Shown here: piece after piece, positions 13,928-26,398 of the stretch | Position numbering within the stretch: position 1 is the stretch's first letter | Layout: every line of letters begins with the position of its first letter | Source of the DNA: Octopus vulgaris | Taxonomy: Eukaryota | Assembly: GCA_951406725.2 (NCBI GenBank) | Contig: OX597814.1 | Coordinates: 48,112,001 to 48,176,000, forward strand | DNA length: 64,000 bases | Reading direction: 5' to 3' | Notes under the pieces: generated by a model | The model's input: only the letters and a program-made list of their open reading frames with translations | Databases searched by the model: none | Told to the model about the DNA's origin: nothing | Made by a program: the position numbers and the translations under genes

Positions 13928-15544
13928 CTTAAAAAGAAAAAAAGAAAATATCTTACTATATTTGTAATATGGATTTTTATACTAAATCATTTTTTTTTTT
14001 TTTTTTTCTTAATGTGGTGCAAGATGTACTGAAATGTTACAGCTTTTGTTTTGGGAAGTTGAAGGTTTATATTTGATTCCTGTGCAATACTGCACATGCA
14101 GTAAATTTTGATAGTGAAATTTTGAAACCTGTTTGTATCAAATGAACTGCATCTAAAATTCAAAGGATCAACCTCTATATACATATTGACACACAATTTG
14201 TATGATTATTATGTTAGGCCAAAAACATCTGAATCATACTTGACAACTTATACAATTCCTTTTATGAAATAGCTTGAACAATCATCTGTGGAATTAATGT
14301 GATCCATCATTATGTATTTTATTGTATCTATTTACATGTTTACATATTTTATAATATCCTATTTAAATTATATTTATTGTCATAGTCTGTTGTTGCTTTC
14401 AACTTCAATATATGTTAACATTTGCTTAAGGTATTCCAGCCATGACCATCTCATCTTTTTGAAGTCTCTAGAACTACATTATTTGATAATATGCAATGTT
14501 TTTTCTCAAGACAGAAGAGTGATGTTTGACTGATATTTGGTTTTTATTTTTAGTAGGTCTGGCAGCTACGAAGATGCTCCCCATGATTTATGTTTATTGT
14601 TTGATAAGGTGGTGTAATGGAAGAAATCAAAATTCAGGAATTACCTTATTAGATTTCATTATCATATATTGTTTAAATTCACTGAATTCACCTATGTCTT
14701 TCAACTTGGGACTGATAAAATAAGTACCAGTCATTTATTAGGGTTAATTCTATTTGTCATACAATTTTCTCCTAAAAGGTACATGACATTGCAGGAATCA
14801 TGTCATTATTAGCTTTGCTATCATTGTCATGATTATTATTATTGATGGGCTGGCAGAATTGTTATTATGCTGGGCAAAATGCTAAGCAGCACTTTGTCCA
14901 TCTTTGTGTTCTGAGTTCAAATTCTGCTCTGCTTTTCATTCTTTTGGGGTCAATAAATTAAGTACTTGTGAAACACTGGGGTTGACATGATCAGCTAGTC
15001 TCCTCTGCCAAAATTTCAGGCTTTGTGCTTTCAGTAGAAAGGGCTATTATTATTATTATTATTGTTATTATTATTATTGGTGAGCTGGCAGAATTGTTAG
15101 CATGCTGGGCAAAATGCTTAGTGGCGTTTCACCCATCATTATGTTCTAACTTCAAATTCCAACAGGGTTGTCTTTGCCTTTCTTCATTTTGGGGTCAATA
15201 AAAAATAAGTACTGGTTGTGCAATGGGGTTGATACAATCAACTTATCTCCTCTCCTGAACTGACCAACCTTGTGCTAAAATTTGAAATCATTATTGTTGT
15301 TGTTGTTGTTGTTATTATTAGTGAGAATGCATGAGTGCAATAATTTTCTCATTCTCTTTGTATACTCTCTGCTGGTGATTTGTTTCATTTCTTCATGTTT
15401 TATTTCATCTGCTTTCAGTATCCCCAAATACTTATATCACTGTCCTTTCTCAACCTCTTTTATTGTTTGCCCATTTGGCATTTCAATACCCTACCTTCCT
15501 TCAAATCTTACTCATTTCATTTTCAACATAGTGTACATATCCAT

Positions 15545-17000
15545 AAAAAGATGATTTATCTGACCATATCCTTTTCCCAAATCATAAGCTATTTTAACTT
15601 TATGCAATATCAAACTGAGTGGTATAATGGCCAATATAAATAGTAGTGGAGATAAGCTATTGCATTAAAATATTCCATGTCTGATGTTCACTTTTCCAAG
15701 TCTTTGTTTTCCTCCAATCAATTCAGTATTCCAATGTTTCGTACTTTCATTAACCATTTTCTCCATATTTTCTACCTCTCCAAACATGTTCATTGTTTTA
15801 CTTATCCAGCTGAACAATACTGTGTCATATGCTCTTTTGTAATCTAACCATGCTACATTTAGTCCCATCAATTTGCATGTACAATTTCTAATTATCATTT
15901 TATCAATTAATAGTGGTCTTTTGTTGCCTTACTTTATTTCCTGCATCCTTTCTGCTCTTCTGGAAGTAGATTATAACTTTCTGGATGATTAGATAACTTT
16001 TTCACCAAGACACTGGTCATAAGCTTGCATATAAGTGGTAAACAGGTTATAGGTAAAAAATCTGATGTCAAGTTACCTTTCAAGGGATCCTTGAGACATA
16101 ACAGCATTTGTCCACTTGTCATCCAGGTAGGGACATGACCATGTTACAGGCTTTCATCCAGTTGTGCTGCGATCCTTTCATGCTACTGTGTAAAGTTCTT
16201 CAGCCAGTAGCCTTGTACTCCTTCCAAGCCAGGTCCTTTCTAATTTACTATTTTATTTTAAACTTCAGTCTCACTGTATATAGATTGATTCTGACCTCCT
16301 TTTCGTCTTGGCACAACTGCAAGTTGTCTTTCCACCTGTTTTAGCCACTCTGCACTTTCTTAATGTCTCACTGACCTTTTTTTACAGTTCACTCCAAAAT
16401 ATTTTACTTTCTTTGACATCAGGAATCATTTCCTGATGTTGGTCCCCCTCTATTTTGTCAAAAAGATGCCTTCTATTTGATTGGAACAGTCTATTCTGTT
16501 CAAAGCCTTTGCATCTAGTATCATATCTTTTCAGTTTGGCCTTTAACAATATCACCCTTAGTAACAATTCTTCATGTACTGTTTACTTCTCCCTTTCTTC
16601 TAACCTGTACTGTCCATTCAACCATCTGATTACTCACTCATTCTTGAGCTCTCCTCTCATTATCCTATTCTATTACCCCACTTTTTTCCGTATCTTTTCT
16701 GACTTCAGTCATATTTTCTTCCTCCAGTTTAGTTCTTCCTTTTCATTTCCTTTAATTTCTTCAGTTTTCCACTTGTAGCCTACTATGTCAGCTACATCAT
16801 TAGCAGCAGCTATGATTAGCTGGTTTGTTCCACTGATGTTTTCTGTTCTAATCAAGCTCAAAATGTCATTTACTTTGGCTCTGGCTCTCCTTACTTTCCT
16901 TCTGTCCATATATCTGACATTTGGTGGTACTTCATTGTTCCCATAACACATTTTACCTCACATTTCCAGAATCTCCTTCTCTTCATCATTCAAATCTTGT
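15545..17000 (-). mobile_element. Decayed R4/Dong-type non-LTR retrotransposon, N-terminal and RT part
   Basis: Fragments FLPITCLPLICKLMTS, LLPEEQKGCRK, WLDYKRAYDTV...WI, FEQNRLFQSN in several frames, with stops and frameshifts. Confidence 0.8.
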
Positions 17001-17007
17001 GCAGCAG

Positions 17008-17054
<47 letters not shown>

Positions 17055-17230
17055 TTTTTTTTTTTTCTTTCAAATTTGCTTCCATTTCTTGACGAGTGTC
17101 TTCCCGACTCCTAGGGCAAAGAAACTCATAGTATACATTGGTAGGCCATTAAACTAAACTCAATAATTTGTTCATTTTTTTTTTTTAAGTTAAATTAAAA
17201 TACATGGGTAGTAATAGTTCTTTATTATTA

Positions 17231-17284
<54 letters not shown>

Positions 17285-17329
17285 TATTATTATTATTATT
17301 TATTACTACTATTATTATTATTATTATTA

Positions 17330-17374
<45 letters not shown>

Positions 17375-17386
17375 ATTATTATTATT

Positions 17387-18203
17387 GTCTTTGCATAGCT
17401 TCTAATGCTGGAGATGTACTACGGTGTCAGCTGTTCATTACCAGTGAACCATCCAGAGTATTGGAGTGGTTCCAAGCAGTGCAGCTTTCTACAAGTGCTC
17501 CACCCTTATTGCAGCCCCTATTTGTTTCATGTGCTTCTCAAGATTTTTACTCACTGTTCCCAGGGCTCTTACAATTATTGGTACTACTACCACCTTTTCA
17601 GCGACCACAACTGCTTAACCTCCTGAGCTAACCTGTCATATCTATCGACTTTCCTTTCTTCCTTATTGCATACATTGTTGTCAGCTGGGCATGCTATATC
17701 TATGATCCAGCATTGTTTGCTTTCTTTCTCAATTAACACTATGTCTGGTTTCCTATTCTCTATCTCATGGTCACACTGAATCATAAAATCCCATAGGATC
17801 TTTACATTATCATTTTCGATGATGTCTTCGGGTTTATGTTTGTACCACTTTTTTACTCTGTCAGGTCCATATTTGTTGCAAAGTGTCCAATGGACAATCC
17901 TTACTATATTGTCATTATGTTTCTTATAGCCACTGGGCTAGTGGCGTACATTGACTGGTAATATGCCACACAGTTTCACCATTTTGTCCACAAATTCTGC
18001 ACTTATCACTTTCTAATGTGTTGTCTATTCTGTATTTGATGTAATTTGTTCTTAGTGCTTGCTCTTGGGCAACACAGATTAGAGTCTCCATTTCTGGTTT
18101 TAAATCACTTTTAGTCATCCATAGCCATCTTTTTTCTCTGTCTTCAACATCTCTATGTAATTGTCTATGCATTCTTTTCTTTATCCACCTATTTTCAGTT
18201 TCA
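17387..18203 (-). mobile_element. R4/Dong-type LINE 3' part (CCHC knuckle + restriction-like endonuclease)
   Basis: LICVAQEQALRT, CRICGQNGETVWHITSQC, RKPDIVLIEK...IIDIACP (PD..D RLE motif); the 3' end abuts a (TAA)n tract. Confidence 0.82.
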
Positions 18204-18525
18204 TTCATTCATTCATTCATTCATTCATTATTATTGTTGTTGTTGTTGTTATTGTTATTGTTGTTATTGTCGTCGTCGTCATCATCATCATCATCATTAT
18301 TATTATTATTAGAGCAGTAGATTGGTAGAATTGTTAGAATATTGGAACAAATGCTTTACCTTGTTTGTTCCAACTCCTTACATTCTGAGTTCAAATCCTG
18401 GTGAAATGAAATTTGCCTTTTATCTTTTTGGGTCAATAAAATAAAATACCCATCAAGTGCTAGGTCAATCTATCAACTAGCCCCCACCCAACAAAGTGTT
18501 GGCCTTGTGTCTATAACAGAAAGAG

Positions 18526-18540
18526 TTATTATTATTATCA

Positions 18541-18636
<96 letters not shown>
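18526..18636. repeat. (TTA)n microsatellite
   Basis: Direct reading; similar tracts at 17010-17050, 17220-17386 and 26340-26395. Confidence 0.9.
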
Positions 18637-19610
18637 GTGGGATGGATTGGTAAGGGCATTGAACGAAACACATTGCAGCATTTAGTTATGACTCTTTACA
18701 TTCTGAGTTCAAATAATGTCAAGGTCAACTTAGCCTTTCATCCCTCTGGGGTTGATGAATTAAAGTACCTCTCAAACACTGGGTTTGATTATAATCATCT
18801 TATCCTCTCACCCCAAATTTCCAGCCTTGTTAGAAAATAGTATTGTTTAAGTGATGAAAAGTTAAAAATAGATCATTATTGCTAATGGGTTTTGATAGGA
18901 AATCCAGAGATGTTGCTCTATAAACATTTAAAAATTACCATCAGTTTTGCTTGACTAGGAATGACTTTTTTTTCATTGATCTTATTGTCAGTTGCCTAGA
19001 ACTAATCCACTGTCTTTCAGTGAATTTTTATCCTTTTCTGTCCAATTTTCCCCTTTCATAGAATCATTTGTCTTAAAATTTGGATCTCCAAAATTCACAA
19101 TTTCTCTTTGAAATGCAAATATGGATCTTTAACATAAAATAATAAAGTTCACTGAGATTGAAAAAGGAAAAATATTAGGTGCAAATAGTGAAAAAAGTGG
19201 AGCTAAAAAGCGGTTTAGCATTTTTTTTGTGTGGTTAACAGCAGTGTTGCAAACATAGCACTATAAGCTTTCCAACTGAAAAATCTTTGAATAACATTGC
19301 TACTTACCATAGGAAATTATTTACAACAAAATTTACAACAACAACTAAGTTAACAACAACTATAGCAACAACAAAAAACAACAGCATAAAATCAACAGCA
19401 ACAACAGCCTAGATAATTGTTTTTAATTTAGGCACAAGACCGACAGTTTTTCAAGAAGTCACACTAACACCAATACTTGTCTGGTTCTTTATTTTATTGA
19501 CATGCAAGGTTCAAAGGCAAAGTTGACCTTGGTCAGGTTTGAACTTGGAATGTAAAGAGCTGGAAGAAATACTGCAAGGCATTTTGTCTGACACTGCAAA
19601 GCATACTGTT

Positions 19611-19998
19611 GTGGAAGCACTCTGTCGGTTACGACAACGAGGGTTCCGGTTGATCTGAATCAACGGAACAGCCTGCTCGTGAAATTAACGTGTAAGTGGC
19701 TGAGCACTCCACAGACATGTGTACCCTTAACGTAGTTCTCGGGGATATTCAGCATGACACAGAGAGTGACAAGGCCGGCCCTTTGAAATACAGGTACAAC
19801 AGAAACAGGAAGTAAGAGTGAGAGAAAGTTGTGGTGAAAGAGTACAGCAGGGATCACCACCATCCCCTGCCGGAGCCTCGTGGAGCTTTAGGTGTTTTCG
19901 CTCAATAAACACTCACAACGCCCAGTCTGGGAATTGAAACCGCGATCCTATGACCGCGAGTCCGCTGCCATAACCACTGGGCCATTGCACCTCCACAT
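19611..19998 (-). mobile_element. Young tRNA-derived SINE with 13-bp target-site duplication
   Basis: Minus-strand head gtggaggtgcaatggcccagtggtt...ggtttcaattccc (A/B-box-like); flanked by aaagcatactgtt at 19598-19610 and 19999-20011; CpG-rich, so recent. Confidence 0.8.
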
Positions 19999-21207
19999 AA
20001 AGCATACTGTTATCCACTACCCTTAACAACAAGCTAAAAACTGTAAACAACAATAATAATAGCAACAAAACAATGAAAGAGAAAATATATTTAGCCCATG
20101 CCACAAACCAATGGGCAACACATTTATTTGAGGGAAAGTCAGAAGGAATCAAAAAGTATGGGAATGATATTCTATGCCCTGGAGTGATGTCACTTTTGAG
20201 CCAAAGAAATAATAAACACTCAGAAAAGGTTCAATCTCTACACTTGCATAAATTGTAGACACTGAAAACTATATTACTCATCTGCAGTCAAAATTCAAGA
20301 GTCTACACAGAAAGAAACAATAATGGATAATGAGAACTATTTGTAGGGAATAGAAAACTTAAGAAGGTTTTTCATCCTTTTCGGGTTGATAAAATAAGTA
20401 TGAATTGATCATTGGAGTTAATCTAGTTGACTTATCCACTTTCCCTAAAATCACTGTCTCTGGGCCAAAATTTGAAACCATTATTAGTATTATTGTTGTT
20501 GTTATTTTAGAAATAATTTTTATTATTGCTGTTGCTGTTGTTATTTGAGTGATGGAGTAAGGGAACCATTAAATGATTGACTAAATGCCTTTTGAGTGAT
20601 GGAGTGTACTGTTAAATTTCCTGTACATTCTGAGTTCAAATACTGTTACAATTAACTTTGCCTTTTATTTTCAAGGAAGTTGATAAAATAGTAAAATCCC
20701 AGTCAAGTAAGGGTGTTTTAATTAACTATAGTTTCCCACCACTTTTGATGTGCGACCTTGTTCATTGACCAGAAATCTTTATTAATATTATTGTTGTTGT
20801 TTTGGGCTGTGATGGAGTGGCAGAACTGGGAATTGTCAGATTAAATAACTTCTTGTGATATTTAGTTACATGCATACCTCAATTTAATGGATCAGTCGGT
20901 TTCAAATGTCCGATCATTAAGTGAGAGAGTGAGAGGCTAAGTCACATAGAAATATTGTTGTAATGCATTCTCATGGAGGAGATTTGAAGTAAGAAAATTT
21001 TAAAATGTTAAATAAAAAGCAAAACAACAGCATAGGCAAGACCAATGATTTGATTAAATGAATAATGTTTTTGCTCATTGTGGGTTTATCACTCAATGTG
21101 AATTTGTCACTTGTGTTTGATTCACTCGAGGAAGAAATAATTATTCTTTCCTTTATAAATCTACCAAGAATTCCTTTCTTCAGTTAGGGTTTTCTTTGTT
21201 TTGTTTT

Positions 21208-22155
21208 TTACTTCTGCCAAGGAAGGAGGTTATGTTTTCATTGGCATTGGTTTGTCTGTCTGTGTGCAAAATAACTTAAAAAGTTGTGAACAGTATTTGA
21301 TGAAACTTGCAGGAAAAGTTGGTAATGACACAAGGAACAGATGATGAAATTTTGGTAGTGATCCGAGAATTTTTATGGATTCTTGAAGGATTTTTCATTT
21401 GTTATATTTACTTTACATGAAGTATTACAATATTATATTCTTTGATTATCTCTCTTGAAAACACGTTCATCGTTTCCACGTAACTTATGATGGCGTTGCT
21501 GTTTCCAAAGTTTATTTTCGTTTCTCTATTACTAATTTTACTTGCATATCTATCTTAAAATGAGCTGCTTGGCGGAGGTCTGTGGAGGATGACATGACAA
21601 GCCTTGACTATTGGGATCAACTCAAAAGGCTCAGGCTTTGCTCCCTCCACTACCGCTGTGAGCTCTATATCATCTGTATGATGTGGAAAATATTCCATCA
21701 ACATTGCCCATCTTTAAAATTCGTCCGAGGCTTGGCCCCTGTGCCCTCCATCCACTACATAAAAGTTTGTGTCATATCACAACACTATGACAGAACTATT
21801 CCACCTCAATTGGCCCTGCTCTCTTCAACATTGTGCCATAAAAGAGGAAAGTGACTTCACAGCATTCAAGCAATCCCTAGATGATTACCCCCAACAAATA
21901 CCAGATAAACCACCCACACCCAGATATGTCTCTGAAAACAATAACCCTCTGCTTGAATGGGCTATGGTTCCCCAGAGCTGACTGTGTATCTCTTCCAGGT
22001 GGTGCTATTAAATTAGACATGGCCGCAGTCAACTTCAGCTGAAACTTATCCAAGTAATCTGATCTATGTTATAACCTTTTAATCAAAGCATGACAACATG
22101 GGTATAGGGTGGAAATTAGCTGCTTGGCGGAGGTCTGCACCCTCCGAATGCTTTT
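21208..22155 (+). mobile_element. Helentron-associated non-autonomous element (HINE/DINE-1-like) with an internal LINE fragment
   Basis: Subterminal inverted repeats acttctgccaag / cttggcggagg, a GTCT microsatellite near the 5' end, and a short terminal hairpin near 22135-22152. Confidence 0.65.
21583..22050 (+). mobile_element. 3' fragment of a CR1/L2-group LINE
   Basis: LDYWDQLKRLRLCSLHYRCELYIICMMWKI...FKQSLDDY..IPDKP, typical of CR1/L2-group ORF2 C-termini. Confidence 0.65.
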
Positions 22156-22434
22156 CTATTTAGATCTGTAGCAATTCTTTTACTTCATTTAGAATTTGAA
22201 TGTTGAAGTTTGAAAATCTCAGTTATTTTTTGAGTATGTGAAAAGGCTCCCTTTGAGCCCTTTGTGAGGGCAGAAATAAAAAAGGAGTTTCTACTGTTAA
22301 ACTTTCTTCAATGTTTTCATAATGGTTGGGCTCATGATCATAAGGTCATGGGTTAAATTCCCCCACCAGACAGTGAATCCTCAAGCAAGGTATTTTATTT
22401 TATGCTGTTCCAATTTACTCAGCTGGTGCAGCTT

Positions 22435-22542
<108 letters not shown>

Positions 22543-24424
22543 GCTGTCACATCTCTAATGTTCTGCTGGGTGGAGAGTAGGAGAGTTAAGAAGGTGTTAA
22601 TGTCTTATGACTTCATAGATACCTAAAACAACCAGTGAAAGTGTGATACAAGTGACCAGGTCATATTCATTTGCAAGCAATGTATCAACTTTTAATGAAT
22701 TGATTCAAATGTTTTACGACTAAAGAGTATTGGGGAGAACATAAATACAGTATGTGTGCTCAGCACCACCATGTAAACTAACTGAATGAACAAACTCGTA
22801 TACATTTACTATCAAGGTGCATTGTAGTAATTAAACTTTTAAAGCAACTGTTCTGAATGCTTAGTATATATTTTGCTCAAGTAACTTTAATTTTTAGAAT
22901 TAAAAAGCAATCATTAAAGTGGCATGTAGTTAAGTGGGAGATTGTTAAACAAAGTATTGCTGCCTGTTGCTTTATACTTTGCGCTCAAGTCTTGCTGGAA
23001 TTTTCATTGCTTTTCAGGTTTCAGAAGATATTCATAACGTACTAACTTCAATTTTATTGACTACTTCTCTGTACACATTTGTAATCTTGTAGTAAAATTA
23101 GAAATCAATATTATTATTGGCAGCAAGACAGTAGTATTTTTAGCATGTAGGCAAAATGTTTAGTAGCATTTTGACTGTCTTTACATTCTGAGTTGAAATT
23201 TCCACGAGGTCGACTTTACCTTCCATCCTTTTGAGGTTAATACAATAAGTATCAGTTGAGCTCTGGGGTTGATGTAATTGACTTACTCCCTCCCCAAATT
23301 TTGAAACCAATATTATTATTGTAGTTTTTGCTGAGGTGGCAAATCAATATAACTGTAATTATTTTTCTTAACCTAAAAAACACAAATGTCAAACTCAGCT
23401 ACTCTGTCTCACAGCATACTTTCCTCAGGTGTTATACCATTTTAATTTGTTAAAGGAAAGTTTCAATCCAGGGATTGAGAGTGCCTAAAAGTCTCAACAA
23501 CAACTTGTGCAAAAAGAAATCTTTCTGTCAATAACTCATACTTTGTCATATTCCATTCTTCTGTATAGTGAATAGCTGTTCCCAGACTTATGGCCAAAGA
23601 AACAAAGTTAATTCTAGATGTGTCACTGTTTGTGATGTCCATATCAACAGCTTGCAGTTGTGGAAGAAAATAGCAGTATTGAGGCCTTTTTTAACATTGT
23701 TTAGCACAGCATGGTGAAGTAAGCATCCCACATTGACAATCAGAAAGTGACAGTAGCTTTTATGTAACTGACACATGCAGAAACTGAGGCACTGAACAAC
23801 TCCAATGTATTTGCACACATTCAGGAGGGTAAGGCTGCTAGTTGACAAAGAAGGTACTGTGTTGAACCAGTCACCACTGTTTGGTTTTGAGGTAGTCTGG
23901 AGGCAGGTGAAATAGTGTTGGTCAAATGATGATTGAACCCTTGTGCTGGTGGATTTATGTTTGATCCTAGTTATGTTGGTTGGCTGTATACTCTGAAGGA
24001 CAATGAGGTCCCAATCACCAATTCAGGCAGCTCACACAGTCTTATGGTTCACTTAGGACAAAATACAAACAAACAGAAATGGGGTTGACATCAAATAAAA
24101 AAGACCACCACAATAAAAATTTCAACAAGAAAAGTTCCCATAAAAAGAAGGAAGTCTACCTTCTTACAAAAGCCTAAATTTCTCTGCCAAGATATCCTTT
24201 CCTAGTTTTTCTGTTTTCAAATTCTACCAGGGTAAATTTTGCCTTTCATCTCTCTGGGTTTGATATAATACAGAGAACTTATGTACAAGCACACACTATT
24301 ATTATTAAATGCATTTCAGTTTGGCTGCATCAGCTTTGTTTACCAAACATAATATAATATATATTTCCAGGGTGCATGAAATTTGAAAGTATTTACTATG
24401 ATTTCCAGTATGAGTTTCCTTATA

Positions 24425-25739
24425 CAGGGTGGTACATGGAAAAGTAGTCCAGATTCTGTTGCATAGTGTAAATACAGAAATGAATTTATAAGTGCTGGAA
24501 GGGATACACCATCATAGAAGATTTTGAAAATAGTTACCTGCAGCATCAATATACAGCTATGTTTATTTACACCCAATGTAAAATAGTGATGTCAATGGTG
24601 GTTCCTGTATTATGTGCAGGTTTTTTCATATGTTGTGCTCTTTATGTGTTCCAGAGATAATTATACATGTCAGGAGAACGTGGTGGTCGCAAATTTTTGA
24701 TAACTGTGTGTTCCTCAGAGAATATACCATGGACTTGCTGCATGCACACTGGAAAAGTGTGGTAAGTCACCCTGTCCTGCTGGAAGAAGTACACTTGTCT
24801 TCCAAGTTCAGTGAGTTGAGCACAAAATTGGTCCAAAATGTTCATGTAGACCTCTGTGTTGACAGTACTGTCAAAAAATATTGATCCAATGATACGTGTC
24901 CCTGAAACAGCACACCAAACACTGTTTTTTTTATTGTGAAGTGACTCCTCATACAAATGTTGAGGATTCTCCACTGCCCAGTACCATGTGTTTTGTGGAT
25001 TTACATAGCTGGAGAGATGAAACTATGGTTCATCACTCATTATATTCCAGAATAGGTGTGGCTCACCATTAGCAATGCTATTCAGAAGTCATGTTCTGTA
25101 ATTTACTTGTTTATTCTTGTCATCCACTTTTAATTGTTTTACACAGGTGAAATGATATGGCTTCAACTTGAAACTTTTTGATATCCGTTGGCATGACCTC
25201 CTCCTTATGTGAGACTGCTGTACCAATTTATGTGTTGACTTCTTTGGAATTTGAGTAATCCTTTGCTTAATGTCCTGAATAACTTCTGGCCTTTGAACTG
25301 TAGGGTATCTTTGTTTTGGGGTGTTGTGCGCTGACCCTGTAGTGCACCACTTCTTAACCAGCATTTATATCATTCTCTTTGCTGGTAAGCCTTTACCTGG
25401 AAACTTGACTTCAAAACATTTGTGCATTTGCTTAACAGAACCTGTTCTCACATACACTTCCACATTCTCCACTCATTCTGCTATCAAGTATTTCATCTTG
25501 CAGAAAAGGCTAGAAATGTTCGTTCAGTGTCATCTTACAATCAACTAATGTGGTGAGGGTGCACTGAGGGTAACATAGCAAGCAGTCGACTTGTGCGCCA
25601 TCTTTGTTCAGCAGTTAGAACTGGTGAAAATAACACAATGACACAAATGAAAGACTGGGTGCTTTTTCATGTGTGTAAATATATTTCTGTATTTACGCTA
25701 TGCTACAGAATCCAGGCTACTTTTCTGTGTGCCACTCTG
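24425..25739 (-). mobile_element. Full-length but decayed Tc1/mariner DNA transposon (maT/DD37D-like), 1315 bp
   Basis: ~57-bp imperfect TIRs (cagggtggtacatggaaaagtagtccagattctgttgcatagtgtaaatacagaaat and its reverse complement at ~25683-25739), TA TSDs at both ends; transposase remnants SVWCAVS..IIGSIFF, FQQD, PPRSPD in ORFs 24642..24974 and 25089..25364. Confidence 0.9.
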
Positions 25740-26099
25740 TATATTGTAGTGTGTATGTTAACCCTAACAGTAATTTGTTTTTGTGTGTTGTGTTAATATA
25801 CTGACTATTTGTGTTTGTATTTTTGTTAATGTTAGAAAGTCTGAGAATAAATCTTTGGAATATCGATATTTTGTTTGCAATTTGGGAACATAATTTATGT
25901 ATTTAAAGTCTTTAATTATATCCAGGAACATGAATAAATCTATTGGAATATCGATATTTTGTTTGCAATTTAAGAGCTACTGTGGATCATACTAACTTTG
26001 CTTGTATTTTTTTAGCTGAGACCAATAAAATAAAGTACCAGTCAAATACTGGGATCATTGGCTCTTTGAGATTGCTGGCCTTGCACCTAAATTAGAAGC

Positions 26100-26135
<36 letters not shown>

Positions 26136-26337
26136 GGTGGCAAGCTGGCAGAATTGTGAGCATGCCAGGTGAAATGCTTAGCAGTATTTTGTTTGCTGTT
26201 ACGTTCTGAGTTCAAATTGACTTTGCCTTTCATCCTTTTGGGGGTCAATAAAATAAGTACCAGTTGAATACTGAGGTCAAAGTAATCAACTCATCCCCTC
26301 CCCCCTAAATGACTACCCTTGTGGCAAAATTTGAAAC

Positions 26338-26398
<61 letters not shown>

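Noticed and set aside
19308-19387. ATG plus hydrophobic run (MLLFFVVAIVVVN...) ending at a gtaagt donor, as a signal-peptide exon for the repeat gene
   Set aside because: It is 80 nt (phase 2), which does not match the phase-0 acceptor at 13927, and the hydrophobicity comes from a GTT microsatellite.
19913-19998. tRNA gene
   Set aside because: The tRNA-like head continues into a SINE body and is flanked by a TSD, so it is a SINE rather than a tRNA.
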